Source: Eledone cirrhosa
Lineage: Eukaryota
Reading direction: 5' to 3'
NCBI GenBank assembly: GCA_964016885.1
Contig: OZ024743.1
Location: forward strand, 248,248,001 to 248,312,000
DNA: 64,000 nucleotides
The notes under the pieces are model-generated. The model did no database searches, was not told the DNA's origin, and was given only the letters and a program-made list of their open reading frames with translations. Every line of letters starts with the position of its first letter. Within the stretch, counting starts at the first letter, position 1. Positions 63,964 through 64,000 of this stretch are shown one piece after another. Made by a program: the position numbers and the translations under genes.

Positions 63964-64000
63964 CCTATATTATACATATATATATATACATATATATATA

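Overview
Eukaryotic, AT-rich, repeat-dominated genomic window; the SINE families, (TA)n/(CATA)n/(AAT)n microsatellites and TE complement suggest a cephalopod (octopus-like) genome (inference). One host gene is visible: a divergent three-exon HAUS1 (augmin subunit 1)-like gene at 10665-14357. The rest is transposons: Tx1/L1-clade LINEs, a decayed CRE-like element, R4/Dong-like and other RLE LINEs sitting in microsatellites, a CR1/L2-like LINE, a pogo-like DNA transposon, a Helitron, gypsy and Penelope fragments, MITEs, SINEs and a near-intact Penelope-like (Naiad-like) element with an inverted terminal repeat. The standout is a near-perfect 310-bp tandem array (50806-54285). Every full unit carries a type I hammerhead ribozyme and several perfect hairpins, and the array flips orientation head-to-head like the neighbouring Penelope element. 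It is a candidate non-LTR retrozyme that could yield viroid-like ~310-nt circular RNAs. Further hammerhead families lie nearby, including core variants (U3-A8 covariation; U4A with a U-U at the stem II base). There are also four copies of a structured non-autonomous RTE-derived element and an orphan 5'ETS-18S rRNA junction fragment. All structures were folded by eye; no searches were run.
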